20,000 nt of DNA, taken from IMG/VR virus record IMGVR_UViG_3300042475_003078; one strand, given 5' to 3'. Every line of letters starts with the position of its first letter. Within the stretch, counting starts at the first letter, position 1. The stretch is from an uncultured virus (IMG/VR IMGVR_UViG_3300042475_003078). Taxonomy: Duplodnaviria; Heunggongvirae; Uroviricota; Caudoviricetes. The notes below the pieces were generated by a model. The model saw only the letters and a list, made by a program, of their open reading frames with translations. It searched no databases and had not been told where the DNA came from. Shown in pieces: positions 1-7,223 of this stretch. Made by a program: the position numbers and the translations under genes.

Positions 1-103
1 TAGCTATATAGTCTATATAACCCCTAATGAACAGCGATAGCTTATGTTGCCCAGCGAAGCTGTGTTGTCCCTTCAGGGCTCTTAAGAGCCTTCAACAAAA
101 ACA

Positions 104-352
104 ATGACACCATCAACATTTCTTAAGAGCAGATATAAAACAAGAACAGAGCTTGGAAACAGAGTTCATCAATTCCCTTATTCTGTTTTTAGTGTTGTGA
201 TGGATGAGTTGTTTAAGAAGGAAGAAAGAGTTGGTAGTGTTGGTTTTCATTCCGATGTTTATTACATCAGGGCTCTGATAGAGAAGAGAGAAGGTGTTGT
301 GTTGCCTTTATGGGTGGTGCAGAAGGCAATGAAGCAAGAAGGGATGTGTTGA
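104..352 (+). CDS. Hypothetical phage protein (82 aa)
   Basis: ORF ends 1 nt before the next gene; HSDVYYIRALIE segment looks like a conserved phage hypothetical; start uncertain. Confidence 0.65.
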   Translation: MTPSTFLKSRYKTRTELGNRVHQFPYSVFSVVMDELFKKEERVGSVGFHSDVYYIRALIEKREGVVLPLWVVQKAMKQEGMC

Positions 353-353
353 T

Positions 354-875
354 ATGCCCACAAAAGAACGCTGGGCTAAAATGTCCGAAGAAGAGAAACA
401 AAAATATACAGAGCGACATCGAGAATGGGTGTCTAAAAATAAAGAACGTAGTAGAGAGATTTGCAGAAAAAGCTATTTAAAAAAAGTAGGAGGTGTTCTT
501 TTTAGGCTTTCAACGTTAGAAGATGAAAAAGTTAAGAAAGAACACAGAAAGAAAAGAAAAACAGAAACAACTATTCTGTGGCAAAAAGCCAACCCAGATA
601 AGGTAAAGCTTTATAGAACAAAAGAGAAAGAAGAAGGAAAACAAGCAGCTAAGGCGGCTAAAAGGAGAGCTGCTAAATTAAATGCAACGCCTGCTTGGGC
701 AGATTTAGAAGCTATAAAAATAGTGTACGAAGAAGCTAAGATGGCAGGCATGCACGTAGATCACATAGTTCCTTTGCAGGGCTTGAATGTTTGTGGTTTA
801 CATATTGAAGCAAATTTACAGCTTTTAGATCCAATAGAAAATATCAAAAAGGGGAATAAGTTTGCCTTACAGTAA
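354..875 (+). CDS. Free-standing HNH (homing-type) endonuclease
   Basis: C-terminal RRAAKLNATPAWAD...HVDHIVPLQG..VCGLH...NLQLL...ENIKKGN beta-beta-alpha-Me motif; basic helical N-terminus; more A-rich than neighbours. Confidence 0.9.
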   Translation: MPTKERWAKMSEEEKQKYTERHREWVSKNKERSREICRKSYLKKVGGVLFRLSTLEDEKVKKEHRKKRKTETTILWQKANPDKVKLYRTKEKEEGKQAAKAAKRRAAKLNATPAWADLEAIKIVYEEAKMAGMHVDHIVPLQGLNVCGLHIEANLQLLDPIENIKKGNKFALQ

Positions 876-1137
876 AACAGTTAATGGTGTTTCTACCCGT
901 GACTATAGACGCCAATATGACAAATATGACGGCAAGCCTTCTGTTGTTGCTGACAGAGCCCAACGTAACGCTGCTAGAGCTAAGCTGAAGGCTTCTGGTG
1001 TTGATGTTGCTGGTAAGGATGTTGCTCACAAGGTGGCGTTGTCTAAGGGCGGTAGTAATGAAATGAAGAACTTGTCTGTTCAGTCTAAGGCTAAGAACAG
1101 GAGTTTTAAGAGAGATAAGAATGGGACTATGAAATGA
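862..1137 (+). CDS. Small basic HNH-fold phage protein (91 aa, TTG start)
   Basis: KDVAHKVALSKGGSNEMKNLSVQSKAKNRS resembles the DVDH..PLSKGG.N..NL...NR motif of small phage HNH proteins; purine-rich RBS AAGGGGAA upstream of TTG; ATGA overlap with next gene. Confidence 0.75.
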   Translation: MPYSKTVNGVSTRDYRRQYDKYDGKPSVVADRAQRNAARAKLKASGVDVAGKDVAHKVALSKGGSNEMKNLSVQSKAKNRSFKRDKNGTMK

Positions 1138-1412
1138 AAGACAGCAGGCTTGTCAGGGCTGGTGTTAGCGGCTATAACAAGCCTAAGCGTACCCCAGACC
1201 ATCCTAAGAAGAGTCACGTTGTTGTTGCTAAAGAGGGTGACACAGTGAAGACCATTAGGTTTGGACAGCAGGGTGTTTCTGGTAGCCCAGCTAAGCAGGG
1301 CGAGTCTGATGCCTATAGAAAGCGTCGAGAGAGCTTCAAATCCAGACACGCTAGTAACATAGCCAAAGGAAAGCTGTCTGCTGCTTATTGGGCTGATAAG
1401 GTGAAGTGGTAA
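1134..1412 (+). CDS. Conserved small basic phage protein (92 aa)
   Basis: Motifs IRFGQQG, RRESFKSRH and SAAYWADKVKW recalled from uncultured phage hypotheticals; coupled at both ends (ATGA, TAATG). Confidence 0.85.
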   Translation: MKDSRLVRAGVSGYNKPKRTPDHPKKSHVVVAKEGDTVKTIRFGQQGVSGSPAKQGESDAYRKRRESFKSRHASNIAKGKLSAAYWADKVKW

Positions 1413-1783
1413 TGGCACGCACTAACGAAGCTCTATGGGAGAAGGCTAAGGCAGAAGCCAAAGCCAAGATGGGTGGTAAACACTCGGCAAGAATGATGCA
1501 GCTTGCTGGTCGCATTTACAAAGACAAAGGCGGCAGCTACAAAGGACCAAAGACAGAGGCTCAAAAGGCTATGTCGAAATGGACGAAGGAAGAATGGACA
1601 ACATCTTCTGGGAAGCCTTCTGAAGGGAAGCGTCGTTATTTGCCTAAGGCTGCCTGGTCTTCGTTGTCTGCTTCAGAGAAGGCAGCAACTAACAGAGCTA
1701 AAGCTGCGGGAGCTAAGCAAGGGAAACAATTTGTTGCTCAGCCTAAGAAGGTGGCTGAGAAGACGGCTAAATATAGGAGTTGA
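1412..1783 (+). CDS. Basic phage protein, DUF5872-like (123 aa)
   Basis: HSARMMQLAGRIYKDKGGSY, KWTKEEW, RYLPKAAW and GKQFVAQPK motifs; ATG at 1412 overlaps the upstream TAA. Confidence 0.85.
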   Translation: MARTNEALWEKAKAEAKAKMGGKHSARMMQLAGRIYKDKGGSYKGPKTEAQKAMSKWTKEEWTTSSGKPSEGKRRYLPKAAWSSLSASEKAATNRAKAAGAKQGKQFVAQPKKVAEKTAKYRS

Positions 1784-1784
1784 T

Positions 1785-1946
1785 ATGAAGTGTGGTACAA
1801 AGAAGATGGCATACGGCGGTATGGCAACGCCTATGCAGCCTAAGAAGCCTATGGCTATGATGGCCAAGGGTGGTGTTACACCCGCCGCCCCTCGGGTGGC
1901 GAATTGCGGTGCTTCAATGAAGCCTCAACAACAAAGGAAGAAGTGA
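1785..1946 (+). CDS. Small basic protein (53 aa) with two xAxGG motifs
   Basis: AGGAG RBS at 1775-1779, ATG 1785; MKCGTKKMAYGGMA...MAKGGV...QQQRKK. This is the real part of track ORF 1503..1946. Confidence 0.8.
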   Translation: MKCGTKKMAYGGMATPMQPKKPMAMMAKGGVTPAAPRVANCGASMKPQQQRKK

Positions 1947-1947
1947 A

Positions 1948-2571
1948 ATGGCTACGTTCAAGGAAGCGTTTAGAGAAGCCAGAAACGCTGGCAAGAAGAC
2001 GTTTACATGGCAAGGTAATAAATACACCACTGAGTTGAAGGAAGAGGCTGCTACAAGGGCTCCTAAAGCCTCTGCTGGCCCTCGTCGTACAGCAAAGGAA
2101 GACACAGGTTCTGATGCAATGCTTCAACGTATGAAGTCTCGTTCAGAGCGTGGTATGAGAGTACGTAGTAATGAAGAGATGCGTGATAGATATCGAGACG
2201 AAGCTATTGGCTACGGCACCGCCGCTGCTGGATTAGCTACAGGCCCTCTTCGTGCTTTGTCGGGAGCAGCAGCTAAGAAGTCATCTGATAGAATGACAGA
2301 TGAGCTTAAGAAGCGCATGTCGCGTGAAGAACCTAAAGGCGATGTTGGTGTTGAAATTAAACCTGCTGTGTTTAGACGTCTTAGAGAAGAAGCCAAAGAC
2401 CCTCTTGAAGGTCGTCGTGTTGGCGATGTGTCTAAGGAGTTGAAGGAGCAGGCTAAGAGAGAAGCTGAGAGAGCCGCTACAAAGCGTGCAACACAGTTTA
2501 GAAGCCGCACTGCCGATAGAATGGATGGCTTTGCCAAAGGTGGTTTGGCTAAGAAGAAAAGGAAGAAATAA
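1948..2571 (+). CDS. Basic phage protein (207 aa), putative internal virion protein
   Basis: N-terminal FKEAFREARNAGKKTFTWQGNKYTT motif; C-terminal FAKGGLAKKKRKK; function inferred. Confidence 0.8.
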   Translation: MATFKEAFREARNAGKKTFTWQGNKYTTELKEEAATRAPKASAGPRRTAKEDTGSDAMLQRMKSRSERGMRVRSNEEMRDRYRDEAIGYGTAAAGLATGPLRALSGAAAKKSSDRMTDELKKRMSREEPKGDVGVEIKPAVFRRLREEAKDPLEGRRVGDVSKELKEQAKREAERAATKRATQFRSRTADRMDGFAKGGLAKKKRKK

Positions 2572-2741
2572 TGCCTGCAAAGAAGTTTATGCCTTGTGAA
2601 GATTGTCCCAACCCTGCTGCTTGCAAGAAAGCAGGGAAGTGCATGATGACGTCTAGCAAGGCTAAGAAGCCTCAACGAGGCGGTAAGCAATCCTTAGCCA
2701 TTATGGTGGCTGTTGGTGTGCCTAAGAAGGGAAAGAAGTAA
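2571..2741 (+). CDS. Small Cys-rich basic protein (56 aa), not in the ORF track
   Basis: MPAKKFMPCEDCPNPAACKKAGKCMMTSSKAKKPQRGGKQSLAIMVAVGVPKKGKK fills the gap exactly with TAATG overlaps at both ends; C-x2-C-x5-C-x5-C. Confidence 0.85.
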   Translation: MPAKKFMPCEDCPNPAACKKAGKCMMTSSKAKKPQRGGKQSLAIMVAVGVPKKGKK

Positions 2742-3283
2742 TGGCTACGAAGAATCCTGTCAAAAAGGCTAAGGAAAAGTTGAAGGAGTCTGCGGCGGGT
2801 TCTGGTAAGCGTTTCGGTGAAGAGAAGCCTGTTCAACGTAACGTTAGAAGCAAAGGCCCTAAGCCCAATCGCTCTCCTGATGAAAGCAATGCCAACAGAT
2901 GGGCTGCTGATGTTAAAGAAGACGTTGTCAAGTCGCAGAAGACAGACATTGAGAGACTTCGTAAAGGCATCAGCGGTAAGGCCAAGGAAGGTCTTACACA
3001 GGCCCAGGCAGACTTTGGTAGAAAGCAGACAAAGGCATCGGCTGTTAGAGGTGCTCTTCGTACTGCCAGTAGATTAGGCTATCTTGGTGGCGCTGCTGGT
3101 GCAGGCTATCTTGCTGGAGACACTGCTAAGCAGCTTTATGACAACGCTAAAGAAGGCAGGCAGCGTCGTCGTATGCAAGAGGAATATGAAAAAGATTTGG
3201 ACAAGCAACGTGACATCATGGACAGAGAAGATGTCATTGGCCTGCGTAAAGGCGGCATGGTAAAGAAGGGAAAGAAGTAATGG
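2724..3283 (+). repeat. 21-nt direct repeat AAGAAGGGAAAGAAGTAATGG at 2724-2744 and 3263-3283
   Basis: Identical copies bracket gene 2741..3280; each encodes KKGKK-stop plus the next start codon. Confidence 0.9.
2741..3280 (+). CDS. Basic phage protein (179 aa), putative internal virion protein
   Basis: Coupled ORF; Gly/Ala-rich segment LGYLGGAAGAGYLAG; C-terminal LRKGGMVKKGKK. Confidence 0.8.
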   Translation: MATKNPVKKAKEKLKESAAGSGKRFGEEKPVQRNVRSKGPKPNRSPDESNANRWAADVKEDVVKSQKTDIERLRKGISGKAKEGLTQAQADFGRKQTKASAVRGALRTASRLGYLGGAAGAGYLAGDTAKQLYDNAKEGRQRRRMQEEYEKDLDKQRDIMDREDVIGLRKGGMVKKGKK

Positions 3284-3639
3284 AAACAGCATCGAAGAAG
3301 AAGCCGGTGAAGCAGCCGTCAAAGACAAAGCCTACAAAGGCTGAGAAGCCTGTCTACACCTTTGACGACACGAAGAACAACACCTCCAGCAAAGCTGCTA
3401 AGGAAGCCATTAGAGAGCTTCGTGATGCAGAGATGCGTCGTAAGATGGGTGAGCGCTATGACGAAATCGTAGGCAAGCCTGAGATGGCTAAGGGTGGTGC
3501 TGTTCAGAAGAAGATGTCTAAGGTGATGGGTGAGTACAAAGCAGGAACGCTTCGTAGTGGCGGTACAGGCAAGGCTGTGAAGAACCCCAAGCAAGCCGTT
3601 GCCATTGGGTTGTCTGAAGCTCGTCGTCTGAAGAAATAA
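3280..3639 (+). CDS. Basic phage protein with C-terminal DUF6496-like domain (119 aa)
   Basis: KVMGEYKAGTLRSG...VKNPKQAVAIGLSEARR motif, directly preceded by MAKGGAV. Confidence 0.85.
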   Translation: METASKKKPVKQPSKTKPTKAEKPVYTFDDTKNNTSSKAAKEAIRELRDAEMRRKMGERYDEIVGKPEMAKGGAVQKKMSKVMGEYKAGTLRSGGTGKAVKNPKQAVAIGLSEARRLKK

Positions 3640-4874
3640 TGAGCGTCACGAGCTACCCAGCGCTAGTACGCTTAGACGACTATGGCAACATTGTTCGTAT
3701 CGGCGGTACTAGCGCTGATGCTTTTGGTCGCGCTCGGGTTAGTGCTCCGTTCACGCTTTTCGACAGCCAAAACAGATATGCAAAGAGTGATGACTTTGAT
3801 GAGTCTGTATCTGGTAGCGCTACTGTCACTTATTCTGCTAATGAATCTACTGTTCTCCTTAATGTCACCAGTGCCAGTGGAGATGAAGTAGTTAGAGAAA
3901 CAAAGAGGGTGTTTTCATATCAGCCTGGTAAGTCTTTGCTAGTGATGAACACCTTTGTCATGCCTACAGCAGAAGCTAACATGCGTTGTCGTGTTGGCTA
4001 TTTCAGCACACAGAACGGTGTCTATTTTGAACGCAGCGGCATTACATTAAACATTGTTAGACGCACCTACACCAGTGGTAGTGTTGTCAATAACGCTGTA
4101 GCACAGGCAAGTTGGAACGGCGACAAGCTCGATGGCACAGGTCCATCAGGGCTCACCATTGACGTTACAAAGTCGCAGATATTCTGGCAAGATTTTGAGT
4201 GGCTCGGTGTTGGTAGCGTACGCACTGGCTTTGTTATCAACGGCTTGTTCATTGTCTGCCACACGTTCAACAACGCTAACAATCTTGCACTTGTCTACAT
4301 GACAACGGCTGTGTTGCCTATTCGATATGAAATCACTAACACAGGCGCTTTAGCTGGCAGCAGGACAATGAAGCAGATTTGCTCCACCGTCATCAGTGAA
4401 GGTGGATATGAGCGTAAGACAATTTTACAGACAGCTAGGATGTCTTCGACGGGTACAGTGAGTACAACATTGGTGCCTTTGGTGTCGTTGCGTCTTGACC
4501 CCAGCAGGCTTGATGCTGTTGTCCTTCCAGACGGCTACAGAGTGTTGCCTATTGCGTCATCGTCTACAACGTTTGAAATACAGCTTGTGAAGAACGCTAC
4601 GCTAACAGGAGCAAGCTGGGCTCAGACGACGTCTGACAACGTTGAATTTGATGTGTCTGCTACGGCCATTAGTGGTGGCACTGTTGTTGACAGCCTCTAC
4701 ACACAAGAGTCTAACCAAGTGTCTGCTGCTGTTAGTAACAACCAAGACTACAATTTTGATATGCAGTTTGGTAGGACGTTGGCGGGTGTCAGCGACATCT
4801 ACACCATTGCTGCACGCACTCTTAGCGGCAATCAATCAGCAATAGCAACATTCTCATTCTGGGACTTGACATGA
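3639..4874 (+). CDS. Conserved phage protein, beta-rich, probably virion structural (411 aa)
   Basis: Long coupled ORF, Ser/Thr/Val rich; motifs DAFGRARVSAPFTLFDS, YQPGKS and WLGVGSVRTGF; function inferred. Confidence 0.8.
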   Translation: MSVTSYPALVRLDDYGNIVRIGGTSADAFGRARVSAPFTLFDSQNRYAKSDDFDESVSGSATVTYSANESTVLLNVTSASGDEVVRETKRVFSYQPGKSLLVMNTFVMPTAEANMRCRVGYFSTQNGVYFERSGITLNIVRRTYTSGSVVNNAVAQASWNGDKLDGTGPSGLTIDVTKSQIFWQDFEWLGVGSVRTGFVINGLFIVCHTFNNANNLALVYMTTAVLPIRYEITNTGALAGSRTMKQICSTVISEGGYERKTILQTARMSSTGTVSTTLVPLVSLRLDPSRLDAVVLPDGYRVLPIASSSTTFEIQLVKNATLTGASWAQTTSDNVEFDVSATAISGGTVVDSLYTQESNQVSAAVSNNQDYNFDMQFGRTLAGVSDIYTIAARTLSGNQSAIATFSFWDLT

Positions 4875-5209
4875 CCAACGGAAACAAGAATAGAAGTGTA
4901 GGCAAGGTGTTGACAGGCAGTGTTGCTGATGTCTATGTCGTCCCTGCTGCCTTCAAAGCTGATGTTGAAAGCATTGTCATTGTCAACACCAGCAACAGTG
5001 TTGTCAAATTTGATTTGAATTGGTATCAGGCAACAACGACAACATCATATGCCATTGCTAACGATGTTGAGTTGAAGCCAAACAGCCTTTTGCAGCTAAC
5101 CAATTCGTTGTACTTGGACAAGAACGACAAGATCACTGGATTAGCTTCCATTGCTGACATAGTAACAGTGAGTGTTAGAGTACGCGAATACTTCGCAGAA
5201 AGGTTGTAG
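4871..5209 (+). CDS. Phage protein (112 aa), beta-sandwich-like
   Basis: ATGA overlap with upstream gene; VYVVP...IVIVN alternating hydrophobic pattern. Confidence 0.8.
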   Translation: MTNGNKNRSVGKVLTGSVADVYVVPAAFKADVESIVIVNTSNSVVKFDLNWYQATTTTSYAIANDVELKPNSLLQLTNSLYLDKNDKITGLASIADIVTVSVRVREYFAERL

Positions 5210-5210
5210 A

Positions 5211-5417
5211 ATGTTTACATCATTGCTTCTTGTTTGTGTTTTAGGTACAGATAAGTGTGAGTTGATGAAACGAACCGATAACAAAACCTACCAAACAATG
5301 GAGCAATGTTTGGAAGCAACGGCTGTTGATGCTAAACAAGTGTATGAGTATTTAGCTGTTAAAGGCATATACACTCAAGTTGGTTTCAAATGTGAAGAGG
5401 ACAAAAACAGTATATGA
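5211..5417 (+). CDS. Small four-Cys protein with hydrophobic N-terminus (68 aa)
   Basis: ATG 1 nt after the previous stop, with GAAAGG upstream; MFTSLLLVCVLGTDKC...QC...FKC; ATGA overlap with terS. Confidence 0.75.
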   Translation: MFTSLLLVCVLGTDKCELMKRTDNKTYQTMEQCLEATAVDAKQVYEYLAVKGIYTQVGFKCEEDKNSI

Positions 5418-5779
5418 GCAAAAGAGAGCTAACAGAACAGCAACGCAAGTTCATTGAGGTGTTGTTCACCGAAGCTGGTGGCAACCCTGCAAAGGCTAAA
5501 ATCTTGGCTGGTTACAGCGAGAACTATCCAACTAAGGCATTGATGTCTGGATTGAAAGAGGAAGTCATTGAAGCAACGCAAATGTACATTGCTATGCACG
5601 CACCGAAGGCGGCTATGGCTGTCATTGGCGGCATTGATGATCCTACACAGCTAGGCATGAGAGAGAAGCTCAAAGCTGCTCAGGACATGCTTGACAGGGC
5701 TGGTGTTGTGAAGACAGAGAAGGTGGAAGTGACAGCGCCCTCTGGTGTGATGGTGTTGCCTCCGAAGGACAATGGATAA
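5414..5779 (+). CDS. terS: Probable terminase small subunit
   Basis: LTEQQRKFIEVLF...GNPAKAKILAGYS HTH signature and KLKAAQDMLDRAG; upstream of terL. Confidence 0.75.
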   Translation: MSKRELTEQQRKFIEVLFTEAGGNPAKAKILAGYSENYPTKALMSGLKEEVIEATQMYIAMHAPKAAMAVIGGIDDPTQLGMREKLKAAQDMLDRAGVVKTEKVEVTAPSGVMVLPPKDNG

Positions 5780-5788
5780 GCATTTGCT

Positions 5789-6337
5789 GTGGCATCAAAT
5801 GATAGAGATTTAGGCGCTTGGATTCTTCCACAACCGATACGATATGAACGTTATGTGGCTATTCCCAGAATTGTTCAAAGCAACGTTGTTCCTTTTGGTT
5901 ATAGAATCGATGATGAAGACCCCTCACTTCTACAGCCAATCACTAAAGAGTTGGATGCGCTTGAGCTTGCAAAGGAGTATGTAAAACGATATTCTTACAG
6001 AAATGTAGCAGCGTGGCTGTCTAAAGAAACCGGAAGGAGCATATCTGCTAATGGACTTAGACACAGAATCAACACAGAAATTGACGCAAGAAAGCGCTAT
6101 AAGTTTTATAGAGCCCTTGCAAGAAAGTACAAAGAAGCCCTCAAGAAGGCCAAAGAGTACGAAGAAAGACTCGGGAAGACAGAAAAGACAGAGTTCTTCG
6201 AAACCGGAATCTACACCGAAATTAGTAGAGACTGGGATGCAGAACTACAAAGTGAGCATACCGGAGGAGATGCAAAACGAAAACATCGTTTTTCAGCCAA
6301 ATCCAGGACCACAAACGGCATTTTTAGCAGCACCTGA
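5789..6337 (+). CDS. Putative DNA-binding protein with recombinase-domain-like PFGY/HTH segment
   Basis: VPFGYRID...SYRNVAAWLSKETGRSISANGLRHRI; GTG start uncertain; 3' end overlaps terL exon 1. Confidence 0.7.
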   Translation: MASNDRDLGAWILPQPIRYERYVAIPRIVQSNVVPFGYRIDDEDPSLLQPITKELDALELAKEYVKRYSYRNVAAWLSKETGRSISANGLRHRINTEIDARKRYKFYRALARKYKEALKKAKEYEERLGKTEKTEFFETGIYTEISRDWDAELQSEHTGGDAKRKHRFSAKSRTTNGIFSST

Positions 6338-6371
6338 AAGGGAAGTTCTCTTCGGAGGAGCTGCCGGTGGT
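6051..6371 (+). CDS. terL: Terminase large subunit, exon 1 (in-frame start may be 6051, 6237 or 6270)
   Basis: FQPNPGPQTAFLAAPEREVLFGGAAGG is the Q motif plus first part of Walker A; continues as GKS at 7224. Confidence 0.9.
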
Positions 6372-7223
6372 AGAGGTCAAGGCCTTTCTCTTGCCACCTT
6401 TCATTGGTAACAATGTCAAAATAAACTTCGTGAATTGCTGGAACGTTTTGTAACGTGACCGTGCTACAGCATAACCGGCGACGGTAGGTGCGAATGCTAG
6501 AAAAACGATCACCAGAAACTATCAGCAGCCAAGCAAGTCATTGACTTGAAGGTTCAGAGACTATCCCGTAAGGGAGTACACCGAAAGGTGGAAGCGCGAA
6601 GCCCCTGTAAAGGGTGAAGATATAGTCCGAGGCGCACTAACCAGCTATAAGCTGAAGGAGCATACATGACACAGTATTGCCTATATAAAGCCACATCTCC
6701 GTCTGGAAAAGTCTATGTTGGTATCACCAACAATTTCAAACGAAGAATGAAAGAACACCGAACCAGCAAGTATCCATTTGGTGCTGCTCTTAGAAAATAC
6801 GGAATAGATTCTTTTGTTTTTGAGTTTGAGTTGTTTGAGTGTGTGGAAGATGCTTTAGCAAGAGAGCAAGAATTAGCTAACTTAGACACCTTGGACAAAG
6901 AAAAGATGTACAACATCAGCGTCGGTGGGGTATTTGCGAATGTCCTAAAAGATCAAAATCCGATGAAAAACAAAGATGTTGTTGACAAACATCCTAATGT
7001 ATGGAGAAAAGGCAGTAAAAACAATCCTATATTGAACCCTGAGATTAAAGAAAAAATGATTAAGTCTCAGAAGTGTAAAAAGGTATCAATAGATGGTGTT
7101 ATTTACTACGGCGTTAGGGAAGCAGCAAGGCAGTTGAGCATATCTAGGCAGTTGGTTGTCTATAGACTCAAAGCCAAGAGCTTCGATACGTGGTTTTATG
7201 TGAAAGAACAATAGTGCGCCTCG
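6372..7223 (+). ncRNA. Group I intron (IA2-like, 852 nt) in terL
   Basis: P1 GGTGGT(6366-6371)/GCCACC(6393-6398) with U.G at the splice site; P AATTGCTGGAA 6433-6443; Q ATCAGCAGCC 6521-6530; R GTTCAGAGACTA 6552-6563; S AAGATATAGTCC 6617-6628; P3 6426-6432/6595-6601; P7.1 and P7.2 hairpins; terminal G7223; removal restores GGAAGG-GKS in frame. Confidence 0.96.
6666..7214 (+). CDS. Intron-encoded GIY-YIG homing endonuclease
   Basis: YCLYKATSPSGKVYVGITNNFKRRMKEH...AREQELA..MYN nuclease motif; C-terminal NUMOD1-like IDGVIYYGVREAARQL; RBS AAGGAG 6655-6660. Confidence 0.92.
   Translation: MTQYCLYKATSPSGKVYVGITNNFKRRMKEHRTSKYPFGAALRKYGIDSFVFEFELFECVEDALAREQELANLDTLDKEKMYNISVGGVFANVLKDQNPMKNKDVVDKHPNVWRKGSKNNPILNPEIKEKMIKSQKCKKVSIDGVIYYGVREAARQLSISRQLVVYRLKAKSFDTWFYVKEQ

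Noticed and set aside
862..1783. LSKGGSN, KMGGKH and DKGGSY as members of the GG tag
   Set aside because: They lie within the HNH-like and DUF5872-like family motifs and fit the consensus poorly
1503..1784. 5' part of track ORF 1503..1946
   Set aside because: Overlaps the DUF5872-like gene; the RBS and ATG at 1785 give a better start
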